The notes: generated by a model from the sequence alone, not told the origin. Counted from the first letter of the stretch, positions 1-11,570 are shown. The stretch: 64,000 nucleotides of DNA from Candidatus Uhrbacteria bacterium (GCA_016188495.1 JACPHU010000006.1:1857-65856), one strand, 5' to 3'. Program-made: numbers and translations.

Positions 1-2040
1 TCCGCCATGGGTCCTGGAGGACTTTCGCGTGAACGTGCTGGATTTGAAGTGCGCGACGTGCACCCAACCCACTATGGCCGCATCTGTCCTATTGCGACTC
101 CTGAGGGACCAAACATCGGATTGATCGGTCACTTAGCTTCTTACGCGATCATCAATGATTACGGATTTATCGAAACGCCTTATCGCAAGGTGATCAAAGA
201 AGAAAAGAACGGCAAAATACGTTCACGAGTCACCAACGACGTTGAGTTTATTAATGCTTTTAAAGAAGAGCGTTCCGTGACGGTTCCAGCCACTATTCCT
301 TTGGATAAAAATGGCTATTTCGTTGAGGAATTCGTAGGCGGACGCAAATATGGAGAGCCAAAAGTGGTTGGTCAGGAAGAAGTGGATTTCATGGATGTAT
401 CTTCCAAGCAAATCGTCTCTATCGGAACAGCGCTTATTCCATTTTTGGAACATGACGACGCTACGCGTGCGTTGATGGGTACCAACATGCAACGTCAGGC
501 GGTTCCAACCATTAAACCGGATGCTCCTATTTGTGGTACAGGTTCTGAAAAACGCGCAGCTCGAGATTCCGGACACGTGGTTGTAGCAGAACAGTCTGGA
601 GAAATTACGGCTGTCGAAGGCCATCACGTTGAGATTACGGATAAAGATGGAAATAAAACAGATTACGAACTCAAGAAATTTTTACGTTCCAATAATTCCA
701 CCTGTATCAATCAACGACCGGTGGTTCAAAAAAATCAGAAAGTTATCAAAGGCGACGTGATTGCCGACTCTTCCGCTGTTGATCAGGGAGAACTTGCCTT
801 GGGACAAAATTGTCTGGTCGCCTTCATGGCGTGGGACGGATATAACTACGAAGACGCCGTCATTATTTCTGAACGAATGGTTCAAGATGATCGTTTTACG
901 AGCGTTCATATTGAGCACTACACCATTGACGTGCGCGACACGAAATTGGGACCTGAGGTGGTGACTTCGGACATTCCAAACGTCTCTGAAGACAAGTTAA
1001 AAAACTTAGATGCCGAAGGTATTATTCGTGTCGGAGCTGAAGTGAAGTCCGGAGATATTCTCGTTGGAAAAATCACTCCAAAAGGTGAAACAGAACTTTC
1101 TGCAGAAGAAAAACTTCTTCGAGCCATTTTCGGTGAGAAAGCGCGTGATGTACGTGATTCTTCTTTATATCTTGAACACGGTGAACACGGTAAAGTCGTT
1201 GCTGTCACGATTTTTTCTCGAGAGGAAGGAGACAAGCTTTCCCCAGGAGTGATCAAATCTATTCAGGTCACCATTGCCGACTTACGCAAGGTTCAGGTAG
1301 GAGACAAAGTCGCCGGACGACACGGAAACAAGGGAGTTATTTCCCGCGTTGTGCCAGTTGCCGATATGCCGTTCATGTCCGATGGAACTCCCGTGGACGT
1401 AATTTTGACTCCGCTTGGAGTGGTGTCCCGTATGAACTTGGGACAGATTTTGGAAGTTCACTTGGGACTCGCGGCCAATGCCCTTGGATATAATGTGAAT
1501 ACTCCCGTGCTAAACGGAGTTCCTGAAGAATCGATTCATGACGAATTGGAACGAGCGGGATTTCCTCGCAGCGGACAACTCACATTGTTTGATGGTCGTT
1601 CCGGTGATGCGTTTGAAAATCCTGTAACGGTTGGATATATGTACATCTTGAAACTTTCTCACATGGTTGAGGACAAGATGCATCAACGTTCCATTGGTCC
1701 ATACTCTCTGATTACGCAACAGCCGTTGGGAGGAAAAGCCCAGTTCGGAGGTCAGCGATTCGGAGAAATGGAAGTGTGGGCACTGGAGGCGTATGGTGCA
1801 GCCCACATGCTTCAGGAAATTTTAACGATCAAGTCAGACGATGTTCCAGGTCGCTCAAAAGCGTATGAGGCGATTATCAAAGGCGAACCAATTAAAAAAG
1901 TAAACATTCCAGAATCCTTTAACGTGCTGGTCAGAGAATTGAAGGGATTGTGTATGGATGTAGAACTCTTAAAAGACGGGGAGAAAGTCGATCTTCCTGG
2001 AGAGAAAAAGACCGTGAGTAGCAAACCCGTTAAGTTATAA
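1..2040 (+). CDS. rpoB: DNA-directed RNA polymerase subunit beta, C-terminal part (gene starts before the window)
   Basis: Motifs [55 protein letters not shown]; directly followed by rpoC. Confidence 0.99.
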   Translation, partial: SAMGPGGLSRERAGFEVRDVHPTHYGRICPIATPEGPNIGLIGHLASYAIINDYGFIETPYRKVIKEEKNGKIRSRVTNDVEFINAFKEERSVTVPATIPLDKNGYFVEEFVGGRKYGEPKVVGQEEVDFMDVSSKQIVSIGTALIPFLEHDDATRALMGTNMQRQAVPTIKPDAPICGTGSEKRAARDSGHVVVAEQSGEITAVEGHHVEITDKDGNKTDYELKKFLRSNNSTCINQRPVVQKNQKVIKGDVIADSSAVDQGELALGQNCLVAFMAWDGYNYEDAVIISERMVQDDRFTSVHIEHYTIDVRDTKLGPEVVTSDIPNVSEDKLKNLDAEGIIRVGAEVKSGDILVGKITPKGETELSAEEKLLRAIFGEKARDVRDSSLYLEHGEHGKVVAVTIFSREEGDKLSPGVIKSIQVTIADLRKVQVGDKVAGRHGNKGVISRVVPVADMPFMSDGTPVDVILTPLGVVSRMNLGQILEVHLGLAANALGYNVNTPVLNGVPEESIHDELERAGFPRSGQLTLFDGRSGDAFENPVTVGYMYILKLSHMVEDKMHQRSIGPYSLITQQPLGGKAQFGGQRFGEMEVWALEAYGAAHMLQEILTIKSDDVPGRSKAYEAIIKGEPIKKVNIPESFNVLVRELKGLCMDVELLKDGEKVDLPGEKKTVSSKPVKL

Positions 2041-2077
2041 AAGAATGAGTTCTTTATAACTAAACGCATCATCAACT

Positions 2078-5000
2078 ATGTTTAAACAACAAGAATCTCT
2101 TAGATCTACTGACTTTGACTCCATCCGTCTTCGCCTTGCCAGTCCAGAGACCATCCGTTCTTGGTCTCATGGAGAAATCACCAAACCAGAGACCATCAAT
2201 TACCGAACACAGAAACCTGAAAAACAAGGGTTGTTTGCAGAAGAAATTTTCGGACCCTCCAAAGATTGGGAATGTTATTGTGGAAAGTATAAAAAGATCC
2301 GTTATAAAGGAATCGTTTGTGATAAGTGTGGCGTTGAAGTAACCCACTCGGTTGTTCGACGTGAGCGCATGGGGCATATCGAATTAGCCGCTCCTATTAC
2401 ACACATTTGGTTTTTGCGTGGTGTTCCTTCCAAAATCGGAACCATTCTTGATGTCTCTATTCAGAATTTGGAAAAGATCATTTACTTTGCCAGCTTTTTA
2501 GTCACAGACGTGAACGAAACAGCAAAAGAAGTCACGATTGAACAGGTAAAAACGGAACGAAAGAGCAAAGAGAAAATGATTGAAGGAGAATTCAAGCGCG
2601 ATATCGGACGTCTGGAGCAGAAGTTTGGAGCCGATACAGCTTCTATTAACAAAGAAACCAAGCGTCTTGAAGAAATTCGCGACACGAAGTTACAAGAGCT
2701 TGAAGAGGATTTCGAGGCGGTGATGCAAGACCTCAAAGAAATGAAGGTCATGTCTATTATTTCAGAACAGACCTATCATGAGTGGTCTCTCAAATATGGA
2801 CATATTTTTGAAGCAAACATCGGAGCAGAAGCCGTGAAGGACATGCTTACCCGCATCAATGTCGGAGAGACGATGAATCTTCTTGAAGAAGAACTCAAAA
2901 CAGCAACGAAAACCAAACGCAATCGTCTCTTGCGCCGAATCAAGTTGTTAAAATCTTTTTACATCAACACACTCAAGCCTGAATGGATGGTCTTAAACGT
3001 CTTGCCAGTGATTCCTCCAGATTTGCGCCCAATGGTTCCGCTTGATGGCGGACGTTTTGCGACCTCTGACCTTAACGATCTCTATCGTCGGGTCATCAAC
3101 CGCAACAATCGTTTGAAACGTTTGTACGATCTTCACGCTCCTGAAGTTATTTCTCGAAATGAGAAACGCATGTTGCAGGAGGCGGTGGACGCGCTTATTG
3201 ATAACTCCGCCAGACACAGTAAAACCGTGATCGCCGCCACAGGAAAGAAACGCCAACTGAAGTCCCTTGCTGACCAGTTGAAAGGAAAACAAGGACGATT
3301 CCGCCAAAACCTTTTGGGTAAACGTATCGATTATTCAGGACGATCCGTTATTGTAGTGGGACCAAACTTACGATTGGACCAATGTGGTATTCCAAAAAAG
3401 ATGGCATTGGAATTGTTCAAGCCATTCGTGATTTCTAAGCTTATTGAACGCGAATACGTTCATAACATTCGGTCCGCCAATCGTTTTATCGAAAGCGATC
3501 GTCCAGAAACCTGGGATATTTTGGAGGAAGTCACCAGCGATGCGTTTGTTCTCCTCAACCGTGCTCCAACGCTTCACCGATTGGGTATTCAGGCTTTTCG
3601 CCCTACCTTGATCGAAGGAAAAGCGATTAAGATTCATCCGTTGGTGTGTGACGCTTATAACGCGGACTTCGACGGAGACCAGATGGCCGTGCACGTTCCT
3701 CTCACAGAAGAAGCTCGGGCTGAGGCGCGTGAAATCATGCTTTCAACCAAAAACCTTTTGAAGCCAGCTTTCGGTGGACCAGTGGCTACGCCGGGAAAAG
3801 ATATCGCCTGGGGTATTTTCTTCTTGACCATGGAAGTGACAGACATGCCAGAAACAAAAGAAGGGCTCCTTGCGTTTTCTGATGAAACAGATGCCTTGTA
3901 TGCCGCTCAGGTTGGGAAGATCGGTTTGCGCGATTGGATTTTGGTACGACTTTCCACAAAAGAGATGATCATTACCACTCCGGGACGCATTTTGGTCAAT
4001 CAACAGTTCCCAGAGGAAATTCCTTTTAAGAACCAGGTGATGGGAAAGAAAGAGTTGGCAACGATCGTAAAGTACTATCTTGAGCTTCACGGATCTGAAA
4101 TGACAGCTTCCTTCCTTGATCGATTAAAAGAGATCGGATTCAAGTACTCCACGCGAGCAGGGTATTCATGGGGTATGGCAAACTTGCCAGACGTCAAAGA
4201 AAAAGCGGCTCTTATTACAGAAGGAGATACTCGTGTACGTGAAATCGAAGATTATTTTGCTCAAGGATTGTTGACAGCTTCCGAACGCCATTCGTCGATC
4301 GTGAAGACATGGAATGAAATTAAAGATCGCATTGCGGCCGAAGCAAAGAAAGCGCTTCCAAAAAATAACCCTGCCTATACGATGATTGAGTCCGGAGCCC
4401 GTGGATCTTGGGGACAGATGACGCAGATGGTGGGTATGAAAGGACTCGTGGCCAACCCTTCCGGAGAAATTATCGAATTGCCTGTGAAATCTTCCTTCAA
4501 AGAAGGATACGACGTGTTGGAATTCTTTATTTCTTCTCACGGTGTGCGTAAAGGATTGACCGATACGGCTTTGCGTACGGCAAACGCTGGATATCTCACT
4601 CGACGTCTCGTGGACGTGGCTCAAGACGTGATCGTGCGCCAAGAAGACTGTGGCGACGATGTAGGAGTGGTATTGACCCATGAAGAGTCAGAAGAAATTG
4701 GAGAACCATTGATCGTGCGTATTCTGGGACGTGTTGCCCTTTCAGAAATCAAAAAACCAGGAGGACGCAAAGCGATCGTGGAGCCTGGACAATTGATTAC
4801 GGAATCTCACGTGCGTGAAATTGAAGCGACAGGAAAAGAGTTATCCCAAGCGCATGTCCGTTCTGTGATGACGTGCAAGCTCCGTCGAGGCGTGTGTCAG
4901 AAATGTTATGGATACGATCTTGCCTATAACAAAATCGTGAAAATGGGAACGAGCGTGGGAATCATGGCTGCCCAATCCATCGGTGAACCTGGTACCCAGC

Positions 5001-6100
5001 TCACCATGCGTACCTTCCATACGGGAGGTGTGGCAGGAAAAGATATCACCCAAGGTCTTCCTCGTGTGGAAGAATTGTTCGAAGCTCGAAATCCAAAACA
5101 GAAAGCGATCATGTCAGAAGTTTCAGGAAAAGCGTCCCTTGAGTCTGCCCAGCGCGAGATTGTCCAAGCAGGAACAGGCAAGCAAATTCTGGATATGCGT
5201 CCTGGACAAAAAACCGTCAAGATTACCTATCAGGGAATTGAAGAAGATACGCAACTGTATGGCAAATCAGGCGAGTTGCTTGTTAAAGAAGGAGATAAAG
5301 TCAAAGAAGGACAAGTGATTGCGCGTAAATCCACAGGAAAAGAAATTTTGGCTCCGGGAACAGGAATTGTGGCAATCAAAAAGGAATCAACGGTCACGGT
5401 ATTGTACGAAGCGACGAAAATTCGCGAATACATTATTCCACCTGGATTCACTCTGTATGTAAAAGAGGGGGATGAAGTTCAGGCGGGTGATGCTCTTACG
5501 GACGGCCACCTTGATCTGCAAGTCCTCTTTAAGTACAAGGGACAGGATGCGGTTCAAAAGTATCTCTCAAAAGAAATTCAGTTTATTTATTCCAGCCAAG
5601 GACAGAAACTCAACAATAAACATATCGAGATTATCATCCGCCAGATGTTCTCTCGTATTCGTGTCGTGGATCCGGGAGATACAGATCTCTTGCCGGGCGA
5701 GATTATTGAGAAAGCGACGTTTGAAGATGCAAATGATTTTGTTGAAAAAGCACAGAAGTCAGCAACCTCTAAATCCTTGTTCTTAGGAATCACAAAAATT
5801 TCTCTTTCTACCGATTCTTGGCTTTCAAGCGCTTCCTTCCAAGAGACAGCCCGTGTACTGATCAATGCCGCTGTCACAGGAAAGGTGGATCGTCTTGAGG
5901 GGCTCAAGGAGAACGTCATCATCGGACGTCTCATTCCAGCGGGAACCGGTTTTGAGGATATGCAATATGAACTTATTGGAGACGTTGGAGAACACCGTTC
6001 AACGCGTGCCATACCCAAGGAGATTGCACAGGAAATTGATGAAACTTTTGTGAATAACAGAGCCGTTTCCGAAGGATTCGAATCTGAACGCGAACTGTAA
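2078..6100 (+). CDS. rpoC: DNA-directed RNA polymerase subunit beta'
   Basis: N-terminal Zn finger CYCGKYK...CDKCGVE, catalytic [26 protein letters not shown]. Confidence 0.99.
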   Translation: MFKQQESLRSTDFDSIRLRLASPETIRSWSHGEITKPETINYRTQKPEKQGLFAEEIFGPSKDWECYCGKYKKIRYKGIVCDKCGVEVTHSVVRRERMGHIELAAPITHIWFLRGVPSKIGTILDVSIQNLEKIIYFASFLVTDVNETAKEVTIEQVKTERKSKEKMIEGEFKRDIGRLEQKFGADTASINKETKRLEEIRDTKLQELEEDFEAVMQDLKEMKVMSIISEQTYHEWSLKYGHIFEANIGAEAVKDMLTRINVGETMNLLEEELKTATKTKRNRLLRRIKLLKSFYINTLKPEWMVLNVLPVIPPDLRPMVPLDGGRFATSDLNDLYRRVINRNNRLKRLYDLHAPEVISRNEKRMLQEAVDALIDNSARHSKTVIAATGKKRQLKSLADQLKGKQGRFRQNLLGKRIDYSGRSVIVVGPNLRLDQCGIPKKMALELFKPFVISKLIEREYVHNIRSANRFIESDRPETWDILEEVTSDAFVLLNRAPTLHRLGIQAFRPTLIEGKAIKIHPLVCDAYNADFDGDQMAVHVPLTEEARAEAREIMLSTKNLLKPAFGGPVATPGKDIAWGIFFLTMEVTDMPETKEGLLAFSDETDALYAAQVGKIGLRDWILVRLSTKEMIITTPGRILVNQQFPEEIPFKNQVMGKKELATIVKYYLELHGSEMTASFLDRLKEIGFKYSTRAGYSWGMANLPDVKEKAALITEGDTRVREIEDYFAQGLLTASERHSSIVKTWNEIKDRIAAEAKKALPKNNPAYTMIESGARGSWGQMTQMVGMKGLVANPSGEIIELPVKSSFKEGYDVLEFFISSHGVRKGLTDTALRTANAGYLTRRLVDVAQDVIVRQEDCGDDVGVVLTHEESEEIGEPLIVRILGRVALSEIKKPGGRKAIVEPGQLITESHVREIEATGKELSQAHVRSVMTCKLRRGVCQKCYGYDLAYNKIVKMGTSVGIMAAQSIGEPGTQLTMRTFHTGGVAGKDITQGLPRVEELFEARNPKQKAIMSEVSGKASLESAQREIVQAGTGKQILDMRPGQKTVKITYQGIEEDTQLYGKSGELLVKEGDKVKEGQVIARKSTGKEILAPGTGIVAIKKESTVTVLYEATKIREYIIPPGFTLYVKEGDEVQAGDALTDGHLDLQVLFKYKGQDAVQKYLSKEIQFIYSSQGQKLNNKHIEIIIRQMFSRIRVVDPGDTDLLPGEIIEKATFEDANDFVEKAQKSATSKSLFLGITKISLSTDSWLSSASFQETARVLINAAVTGKVDRLEGLKENVIIGRLIPAGTGFEDMQYELIGDVGEHRSTRAIPKEIAQEIDETFVNNRAVSEGFESEREL

Positions 6101-6123
6101 ATAACCGAAACGGATTAAAAAGA

Positions 6124-6180
6124 AAACCACCCTACGTTTGTCTGCGCTGAGCAGATCGAACCGTCCAAGGGTGGTTTTTT
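6124..6180 (+). terminator. Intrinsic terminator after rpoC, probably bidirectional
   Basis: AAAACCACCCT...AGGGTGGTTTTTT stem, with a smaller hairpin in the loop, between convergent genes. Confidence 0.7.
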
Positions 6181-6186
6181 GTTGGA

Positions 6187-6936
6187 TTACAAGGGTTTAG
6201 AAATTTCCCAAGCCATTTGAAATAATGAAGCCATGGATTCTTTCATGTGACGATGGTTGATTCTCACAGCAAACGTATGAGTTCCAGAGAATAGTACAAG
6301 TGAATTTTTAAACATCCAAAAAGAGGATTCGACAAGTATTCCTGGTGGAAGTGTTCGGACTTGAATGTTGTATTCAAGAACATTTGGTCGAATAAATGAT
6401 TCTTGACCTGCAGGGATAAGTGATTTGGTATAAATTCCTTTACGTACTTTTTGTTTTGATAAGACGTTAAATAGTTCTTCTGTAATAATCGCTTGATAAT
6501 GTTGGGCACTAGGAGATTCAAACGTGAAAAGTTGATCTCCTTTTTCAAGTTCTTCAATAACTTTTACCATTAAATGTTCGAGTGTTTCATGCGTATCGTA
6601 GATTTCTGCGGTTGGTTTTTTATCTGCTTGATGGTATTCACTATGGAGTCTTCCGACAAGCTGTTCTATGACTTCTAGTTGAGCTTTACTCTGTTCAACC
6701 AGAACATGAGGGTCTTCAATCCAAAAGATTTTTTTGCCTTTACTTATGTGAGAGGTGACAAGGCCTTTGATTTTTAGACGATCTAAAATACTTGCAACCG
6801 TTGTGCGCGATGCTTTCGTTATATGAGCTATTTCCGCTACGCTGGCTTCTCCTAACCGAATCGAAGCAAGATAGACTCGTGTTTCAATCTCAGAAAGGCC
6901 AATGTGTTTTAAGAGAATTTTTAGAGGAGCTGGCAT
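6187..6936 (-). CDS. TrmB-family transcriptional regulator
   Basis: N-terminal IGLSEIETRVYLA...EIAH...SRTTV...L..KGLV winged-HTH pattern with C-terminal effector-like domain. Confidence 0.85.
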   Translation of the reverse strand: MPAPLKILLKHIGLSEIETRVYLASIRLGEASVAEIAHITKASRTTVASILDRLKIKGLVTSHISKGKKIFWIEDPHVLVEQSKAQLEVIEQLVGRLHSEYHQADKKPTAEIYDTHETLEHLMVKVIEELEKGDQLFTFESPSAQHYQAIITEELFNVLSKQKVRKGIYTKSLIPAGQESFIRPNVLEYNIQVRTLPPGILVESSFWMFKNSLVLFSGTHTFAVRINHRHMKESMASLFQMAWEISKPL

Positions 6937-6952
6937 AGGGTGATTGATATGA

Positions 6953-6970
6953 TGACGAATAATTTCGTCA
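6953..6970. promoter_or_regulatory. Putative operator (inverted repeat) upstream of the TrmB-like gene
   Basis: TGACGAA-taat-TTCGTCA; the same ACGA-N6-TCGT core lies upstream of the second TrmB gene (45324-45339). Confidence 0.5.
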
Positions 6971-7141
6971 CGTCTCTCTTAGAGAGAACCAAAATTTGTC
7001 TCTCAATTAAGAACAGAATACCATTTTTTATCCCATTCTCCCATTAAGAATAATGATTTTTCACACGGATCATTCTTTTTTCGGTAGTATGATTTTAGTT
7101 CTTTACAGATCAACGCTTATCCTTTTTTGGGAGAATAGGTT

Positions 7142-7762
7142 ATGGATCTTTTTATCTTATGGCGACACATGATGAAGATGTTGAATTGTTCTCAACATCA
7201 AGATCTATTTAGTGAACTCATGTTGCGTTATCAAGAATCTCAACGCCACTATCACACGATCACGCATTTGATGAGCTGCTTTTCTTACTGGCAGGAATGT
7301 GAACAGAGGTTCCAAGATTCATTCGCTGTTGCGTTAGCTCTTTTTTATCATGATGCGATTTATGACGTTTATCGATCAGATAACGAAGAGTTGAGCGCAA
7401 ATTTATGGCGTTCTCATGGGAGGAAGATGGGTTTATCAACGCTGTTTATTGAAAAAGTTGCGGGAATGGTTCTTGCGACGAAACTTCATAAGACGGAAGA
7501 TGCAGATACACAGATTTTTTTAGATATTGATTTATCGATTCTAGGGGAACAAGAGGAAGCATTTGATCAGTTTGAATGTGCCATTCGTTCTGAATATCAG
7601 TGGGTTCCAGAAGACATGTTTCGAAATCGGCGTGAACAGATTCTTCGAGAATTTCTTGAACGCGATCAGATTTTTTACACCCCTTCTTTTCATTCATTCG
7701 AACGACAAGCGCGTAAGAATCTATCGCGTCGCATTGTTGAGCTGGAGAGAACACCAGCATAA
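7142..7762 (+). CDS. HD-superfamily metal-dependent phosphohydrolase
   Basis: RHYHTITHL, FYHDAIYD, DNEELSA, FLDIDLSILG, IRSEY motifs. Confidence 0.85.
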   Translation: MDLFILWRHMMKMLNCSQHQDLFSELMLRYQESQRHYHTITHLMSCFSYWQECEQRFQDSFAVALALFYHDAIYDVYRSDNEELSANLWRSHGRKMGLSTLFIEKVAGMVLATKLHKTEDADTQIFLDIDLSILGEQEEAFDQFECAIRSEYQWVPEDMFRNRREQILREFLERDQIFYTPSFHSFERQARKNLSRRIVELERTPA

Positions 7763-7859
7763 CGACAAAAACCGTTGACAAAATCGTTAAAATAGTCCAT
7801 TATTTAATGTTTTGTCGTTCTTTACATCGGTTGAAAAACTTTGCAATGAGAGGTGTTCC

Positions 7860-9011
7860 ATGTCTGACGAATTGTTTGATCGCGGCCTTGTGCCCATTTC
7901 GGGCGATCCGGTCACCAATGGCCATGTTGATTTGATCGCTCGGGCTTCCAGAAAATGCAAAACATTGCTTGTCTTGGTTGCCAACAATAAGACAAAGACT
8001 GATAAATATCTCTTTTCACTTGAAGAGCGTCTGGAGATCGCTCGACGAGCTCTTTCGCATCTGCCAAATGTAGAGGTGGTTGCCAGTAGCGGGCTTCTTG
8101 TGGATGTTTTTATGGAGCAGGGATGCGACCGGGTGTTCCGAGGGATCAGGAACGAGGAAGATCGCGCGTATGAACTTCATCTTGCTTCTCTTAACAACAC
8201 CCTGTTTCCTGGGTTAGGGGAGAAGTTTGAGTTTTTGTTGGCGCCTCCGGAACTGACACATGTTTCGAGTTCCTTGGTAAAAGAACTCGTCCTTCAGAGG
8301 GTCGATGTTTCTCGCTTCGTTCCTATCTTCATTAAAGCTCTGCTTGAGGTGAGGTTGCGAGGACAGACGATGATCGGGATTACTGGTGGAATTGCCAGCG
8401 GTAAGACGTGGGTTGGAAAACAGCTTGCTTATAGGCTCGGAGGAACTTACCTCAATTTTGATGATTTGATCAGGGAGCTCTATGAGGAATCCTCTCGTGG
8501 GGCTCAAATGGTTCGCAATGAATTGGCAAAACTCTTCGGATCAGATGTGTTGAGTGGTGACGGAATTCACGTTGATCGAGACGTTCTCAAGAGACGTATT
8601 TTCACTCATTCGTCTTCCGACGAAATGATGAAAAAGGTTGTTGAACTGACGTCTCCGCATGTGATGCGGCTCTACCGACAAAAACTGACCCAAGCAAAAG
8701 GGTTTGTGATCGTCGAGTGGGCGCAGATGGCGCAGATGGAAATGAGTTATCTCGTTAACCATCAAGTCATCGTCGTTGAGGCCGCTGATCGAGAAGTGTT
8801 TCTTCAGAAACGCGGTATCGATCAGGAAGCGTTTACTCGCGTTTCTTCTCATCAATGGGGTGCTCAACGACAGGTAGAAGCACTTCAAACAGTGATTGAT
8901 CGTGACGGGTATGGCAAGGTTTTGTCATATGAAAACCACTATGATCCCGTTCAATCAGATGAGGGTTTGGCAGGACTAGTAGATGCGATTAGAGGTCTTG
9001 TTGTTTTCTAA
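7860..9011 (+). CDS. Fused pantetheine-phosphate adenylyltransferase / dephospho-CoA kinase (CoaD-CoaE)
   Basis: N-terminal GDPVTNGH, LFSLEERL, RGIRNEED, VSSSLVKE (CoaD); C-terminal IGITGGIASGKT and DRDVLKRRIF (CoaE). Confidence 0.85.
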   Translation: MSDELFDRGLVPISGDPVTNGHVDLIARASRKCKTLLVLVANNKTKTDKYLFSLEERLEIARRALSHLPNVEVVASSGLLVDVFMEQGCDRVFRGIRNEEDRAYELHLASLNNTLFPGLGEKFEFLLAPPELTHVSSSLVKELVLQRVDVSRFVPIFIKALLEVRLRGQTMIGITGGIASGKTWVGKQLAYRLGGTYLNFDDLIRELYEESSRGAQMVRNELAKLFGSDVLSGDGIHVDRDVLKRRIFTHSSSDEMMKKVVELTSPHVMRLYRQKLTQAKGFVIVEWAQMAQMEMSYLVNHQVIVVEAADREVFLQKRGIDQEAFTRVSSHQWGAQRQVEALQTVIDRDGYGKVLSYENHYDPVQSDEGLAGLVDAIRGLVVF

Positions 9012-9051
9012 TTTTTTCTCCCCGATGAAACGCATCGGGGATTTTGTTTTG

Positions 9052-9084
9052 AAAAATACTGCCGGATTGATCCGGCAGTATTTT
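9052..9084. terminator. Bidirectional intrinsic terminator
   Basis: AAAAATACTGCCGGA-ttga-TCCGGCAGTATTTTT between convergent genes; a second hairpin lies at about 9019-9041. Confidence 0.7.
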
Positions 9085-9758
9085 TATCCTACCTCCCTTT
9101 GTTCTTCTTGTGTTAAGTCATTCATTCGTTGTCTGAGGTTAATCAAACCCTGGTGGGTTTCTATTTGGTTCTCTAACGTTCGAATGTTTTTTCTTAAGCT
9201 TTTCTCCAAAAAAGATTCTTTTTCTTTTTTGGCTTGCTTTAAAGCATCTTTTGCTTCCTGGAGTTCTTGTTTTTCCCGTTGAATTTGTTTCTTATAAATA
9301 TCGAACGCTCTTTCTGACAAAGCAGACATTTCCGCTTCACGTTTAGGATTTTGTTCTCTCAAAGCTTCCGGTGTCCATTCACTTTCATATTTGGTTCTTA
9401 CCAAACGAAGCGCTGTGCCGCGTTCTTTATTTTCACTCTGTATTTGTTTGGCCCGCTCCAGTTTTGCTTGCGCAAGTCTTAATTTTGTTGTGTTTATTTC
9501 GGGTTCTTTTTTCAAAGCTTCTATCTCTTGTTCTATTTTTTGAATCAGTGCGTCTACATCAGGGTTTGCTTCTAATTGGGCTCGTACAATTTCTGCAGCT
9601 CCTATTTTAATTTTAGAATCTCTGACTCTGTTATCAAATTCTTTTGCTTTTTGAGGATAGATTCTATCGCTTTTGCCTTTTCCTCGGCTATATTCTGTCT
9701 CAGAACCCCCACTCTTTTCAGGATGAGAGGGTATTTCCGTATGTAAATTCATACACAT
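9084..9758 (-). CDS. Hypothetical charged coiled-coil protein
   Basis: 224-aa E/K/Q/R-rich ORF filling the intergenic space. Confidence 0.65.
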   Translation of the reverse strand: MCMNLHTEIPSHPEKSGGSETEYSRGKGKSDRIYPQKAKEFDNRVRDSKIKIGAAEIVRAQLEANPDVDALIQKIEQEIEALKKEPEINTTKLRLAQAKLERAKQIQSENKERGTALRLVRTKYESEWTPEALREQNPKREAEMSALSERAFDIYKKQIQREKQELQEAKDALKQAKKEKESFLEKSLRKNIRTLENQIETHQGLINLRQRMNDLTQEEQREVG

Positions 9759-9860
9759 TAGTGGATATGTTTAGATAACATTAGTATAAGCCATTTTTCT
9801 CTCGAGTAAAAATATTTAGACGTTTGATGAAAGAGTCTTGTTTTGTTACGCTTTCTTCAT

Positions 9861-10586
9861 ATGGCTCGACATTCACATTGGCACAATATTCAATTGACCA
9901 AGGGAAAAGCGGATGCCAAACGCGCACAATCCTTTGCGAAATTAGCAAAGTCTCTTACCGCTGCCGCAAAAGAAGGAGGAAGCGATCCTGCATTTAATGT
10001 GTCTTTACGGATGGCCATGGATGCCGCGCGTGCGGCGAACATGCCTAAGGACAATATTGATCGTGCGATTGCTTGCGCAACAGGGGAGGGTGCGGAAGGG
10101 GTTTCCATTGAAGAGATTTTGTATGAAGGATTTGGACCGGGCGGATCGGCCCTTCTGATACAATGTCTGACAGATAATCGAAATCGATCCGTCACAGAGG
10201 TCCGCACTATCATGAATAAAAATGGAGGAACGATGGCAAGTCCCGGGTCTGTGAAATGGCTTTTTGAGAAAAAGGGAGTGGTGATTATTCAAGATATTTT
10301 TTTGATTCCAGATCGTGAAGCATTTGAACTGGCTCTTATTGAGGCAGGAGCAGAAGATTTTATTCAAGTCAATTTCGGATTAGAGATAAGAACTCCTCTG
10401 ACTGATTTTAAATCCGTTCTTGATACCCTCGAGACATTTGGTATTTATCCCGGAGTCGCCGCTATCGAGCATCTTGCCAAAGATCCTGTCGAATTAGCCA
10501 AAGGCGATCGAGAGCTCCTTCATCGTCTGGTTGATAAGTTAGAAGAATTAGATGATGTAGAGACTGTTTTTACCAATGAAGAATAA
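9861..10586 (+). CDS. yebC: YebC/PmpR family protein
   Basis: MARHSHWHNI, NMPKDNIDRAI, YEGFGPGG, TDNRNRS motifs; upstream of ruvC. Confidence 0.95.
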   Translation: MARHSHWHNIQLTKGKADAKRAQSFAKLAKSLTAAAKEGGSDPAFNVSLRMAMDAARAANMPKDNIDRAIACATGEGAEGVSIEEILYEGFGPGGSALLIQCLTDNRNRSVTEVRTIMNKNGGTMASPGSVKWLFEKKGVVIIQDIFLIPDREAFELALIEAGAEDFIQVNFGLEIRTPLTDFKSVLDTLETFGIYPGVAAIEHLAKDPVELAKGDRELLHRLVDKLEELDDVETVFTNEE

Positions 10587-10751
10587 GAGACATCTCCAAA
10601 ACTCGCGATCTTGCCTTTCACGGGCGCCCGCCCGCCCGACTGAACGACGATCAATCCTGTTCAGTCGTTTGGGCGGGCAGCCTCCGCCAGAGGCGGATCT
10701 GCCTTCGGCATGACGTTCAAGGCAATCTCATCGAGTTTTGGAGATGTCTCT
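10586..10751. repeat. Nested palindromic element: family A copy carrying a family B copy and a small CCGCC-N-GGCGG palindrome
   Basis: Outer arms GAGACATCTCCAAAACTCG (10587-10605) / CGAGTTTTGGAGATGTCTC (10732-10750); family A cores GCGATCTTGCCTTTCACGGGC and GTTCAAGGCAATCTCATCG; family B at 10631-10677. Confidence 0.85.
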
Positions 10752-10784
10752 CAAGATAATTTTCTGTGAAGAACGATTAACACT

Positions 10785-11264
10785 ATGGAAGGACATCTTA
10801 TTTTAGGGCTTGATCCGGGATATGGACGTATGGGGTTTGGGGTCATTCATGTACAAGGAACGATGATTCAGCTCATTGATTACGGTGTGGCGACAACGAC
10901 CTCTGGTGATCGTTTTGAGAATAGATTGTTAAGTTTGGCAAACGACTTACAAGATTTATTCGTTCATCATCAGCCTCATGTGGTAGCGATTGAAAAACTT
11001 TTTTTTGGAAAAAGTTCTACTACAGCGATGAACGTGGCCCATGCTCGGGGAGTGGCTTTACTTATGGCCGCCCAAGCAGGAGTTCCTGTGTTTGAATTTA
11101 CCCCTGCACAAGTGAAGAAAGCGTTGACTGGAGATGGGAAAGCAGGGAAAGCGGCTATGCAGCAGATGATCAAGAAACTCTTGGATTTGTCCAATATTCC
11201 AAAACCTGACGATGCAGCAGATGCCCTAGCTATTGCGATTACCGCCAGTACAAAAAAATGGTAG
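10785..11264 (+). CDS. ruvC: Holliday junction resolvase RuvC
   Basis: ILGLDPG, AIEKLFF, HARGV, KPDDAADALAIA. Confidence 0.97.
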   Translation: MEGHLILGLDPGYGRMGFGVIHVQGTMIQLIDYGVATTTSGDRFENRLLSLANDLQDLFVHHQPHVVAIEKLFFGKSSTTAMNVAHARGVALLMAAQAGVPVFEFTPAQVKKALTGDGKAGKAAMQQMIKKLLDLSNIPKPDDAADALAIAITASTKKW

Positions 11265-11285
11265 GAATTCTCTTGATCGGAGCTA

Positions 11286-11314
11286 TTGCACCAAAAGAGG
11301 AAATACGTTAGTAT
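11286..11314 (+). promoter_or_regulatory. Sigma70-like promoter for leader hairpin plus tRNA-Gly
   Basis: TTGCAC-17bp-TAGTAT. Confidence 0.5.
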
Positions 11315-11324
11315 TTTGAGGCAA

Positions 11325-11454
11325 ATTAGGACTGCTCCCGAATGAGATTGCAACGTTCGGACTGGCAGCCTCTGAAAACGACCTGAGTCGGTCGTTGAAG
11401 AGGTGTCAGGGTGCCTGAACGTTGCAAGATCGCTCATTAGTGAACAGTCCTGAT
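11325..11454 (+). ncRNA. ~130-nt rod-like hairpin (family A) forming the 5' leader of tRNA-Gly
   Basis: Nested pairings AGGACTG/CAGTCCT, AATGAG/CTCATT, TTGCAACGTTC/GAACGTTGCAA, AACGACC/GGTCGTT; homologous to 14489-14619. Confidence 0.6.
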
Positions 11455-11456
11455 CC

Positions 11457-11532
11457 GCGGGTGTCGTATAGTGGCTCATTATGTCAGCCTTCCAAGCTGA
11501 AGAGGAGGGTTCGATTCCCTTCACCCGCTCCA
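11457..11532 (+). tRNA. tRNA-Gly(TCC)
   Basis: GCGGGTG/CACCCGC acceptor stem, anticodon arm TCAGC-CT-TCC-AA-GCTGA, GGTTCGA T-loop, encoded CCA. Confidence 0.97.
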
Positions 11533-11570
11533 ACAAAAAACTGATGAAATTCATCAGTTTTTTGTTGGAG
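11528..11570. terminator. Perfect palindrome / bidirectional terminator overlapping the tRNA-Gly 3' end
   Basis: CTCCAACAAAAAACTGATGAA-A-TTCATCAGTTTTTTGTTGGAG. Confidence 0.7.

Noticed and set aside
11325-11454. SRP (4.5S) RNA identity for family A hairpins
   Set aside because: No SRP domain IV motif with GNRA tetraloop, and three copies are present
10976-11554. 192-aa minus-strand ORF
   Set aside because: Overlaps ruvC and tRNA-Gly antisense; spurious
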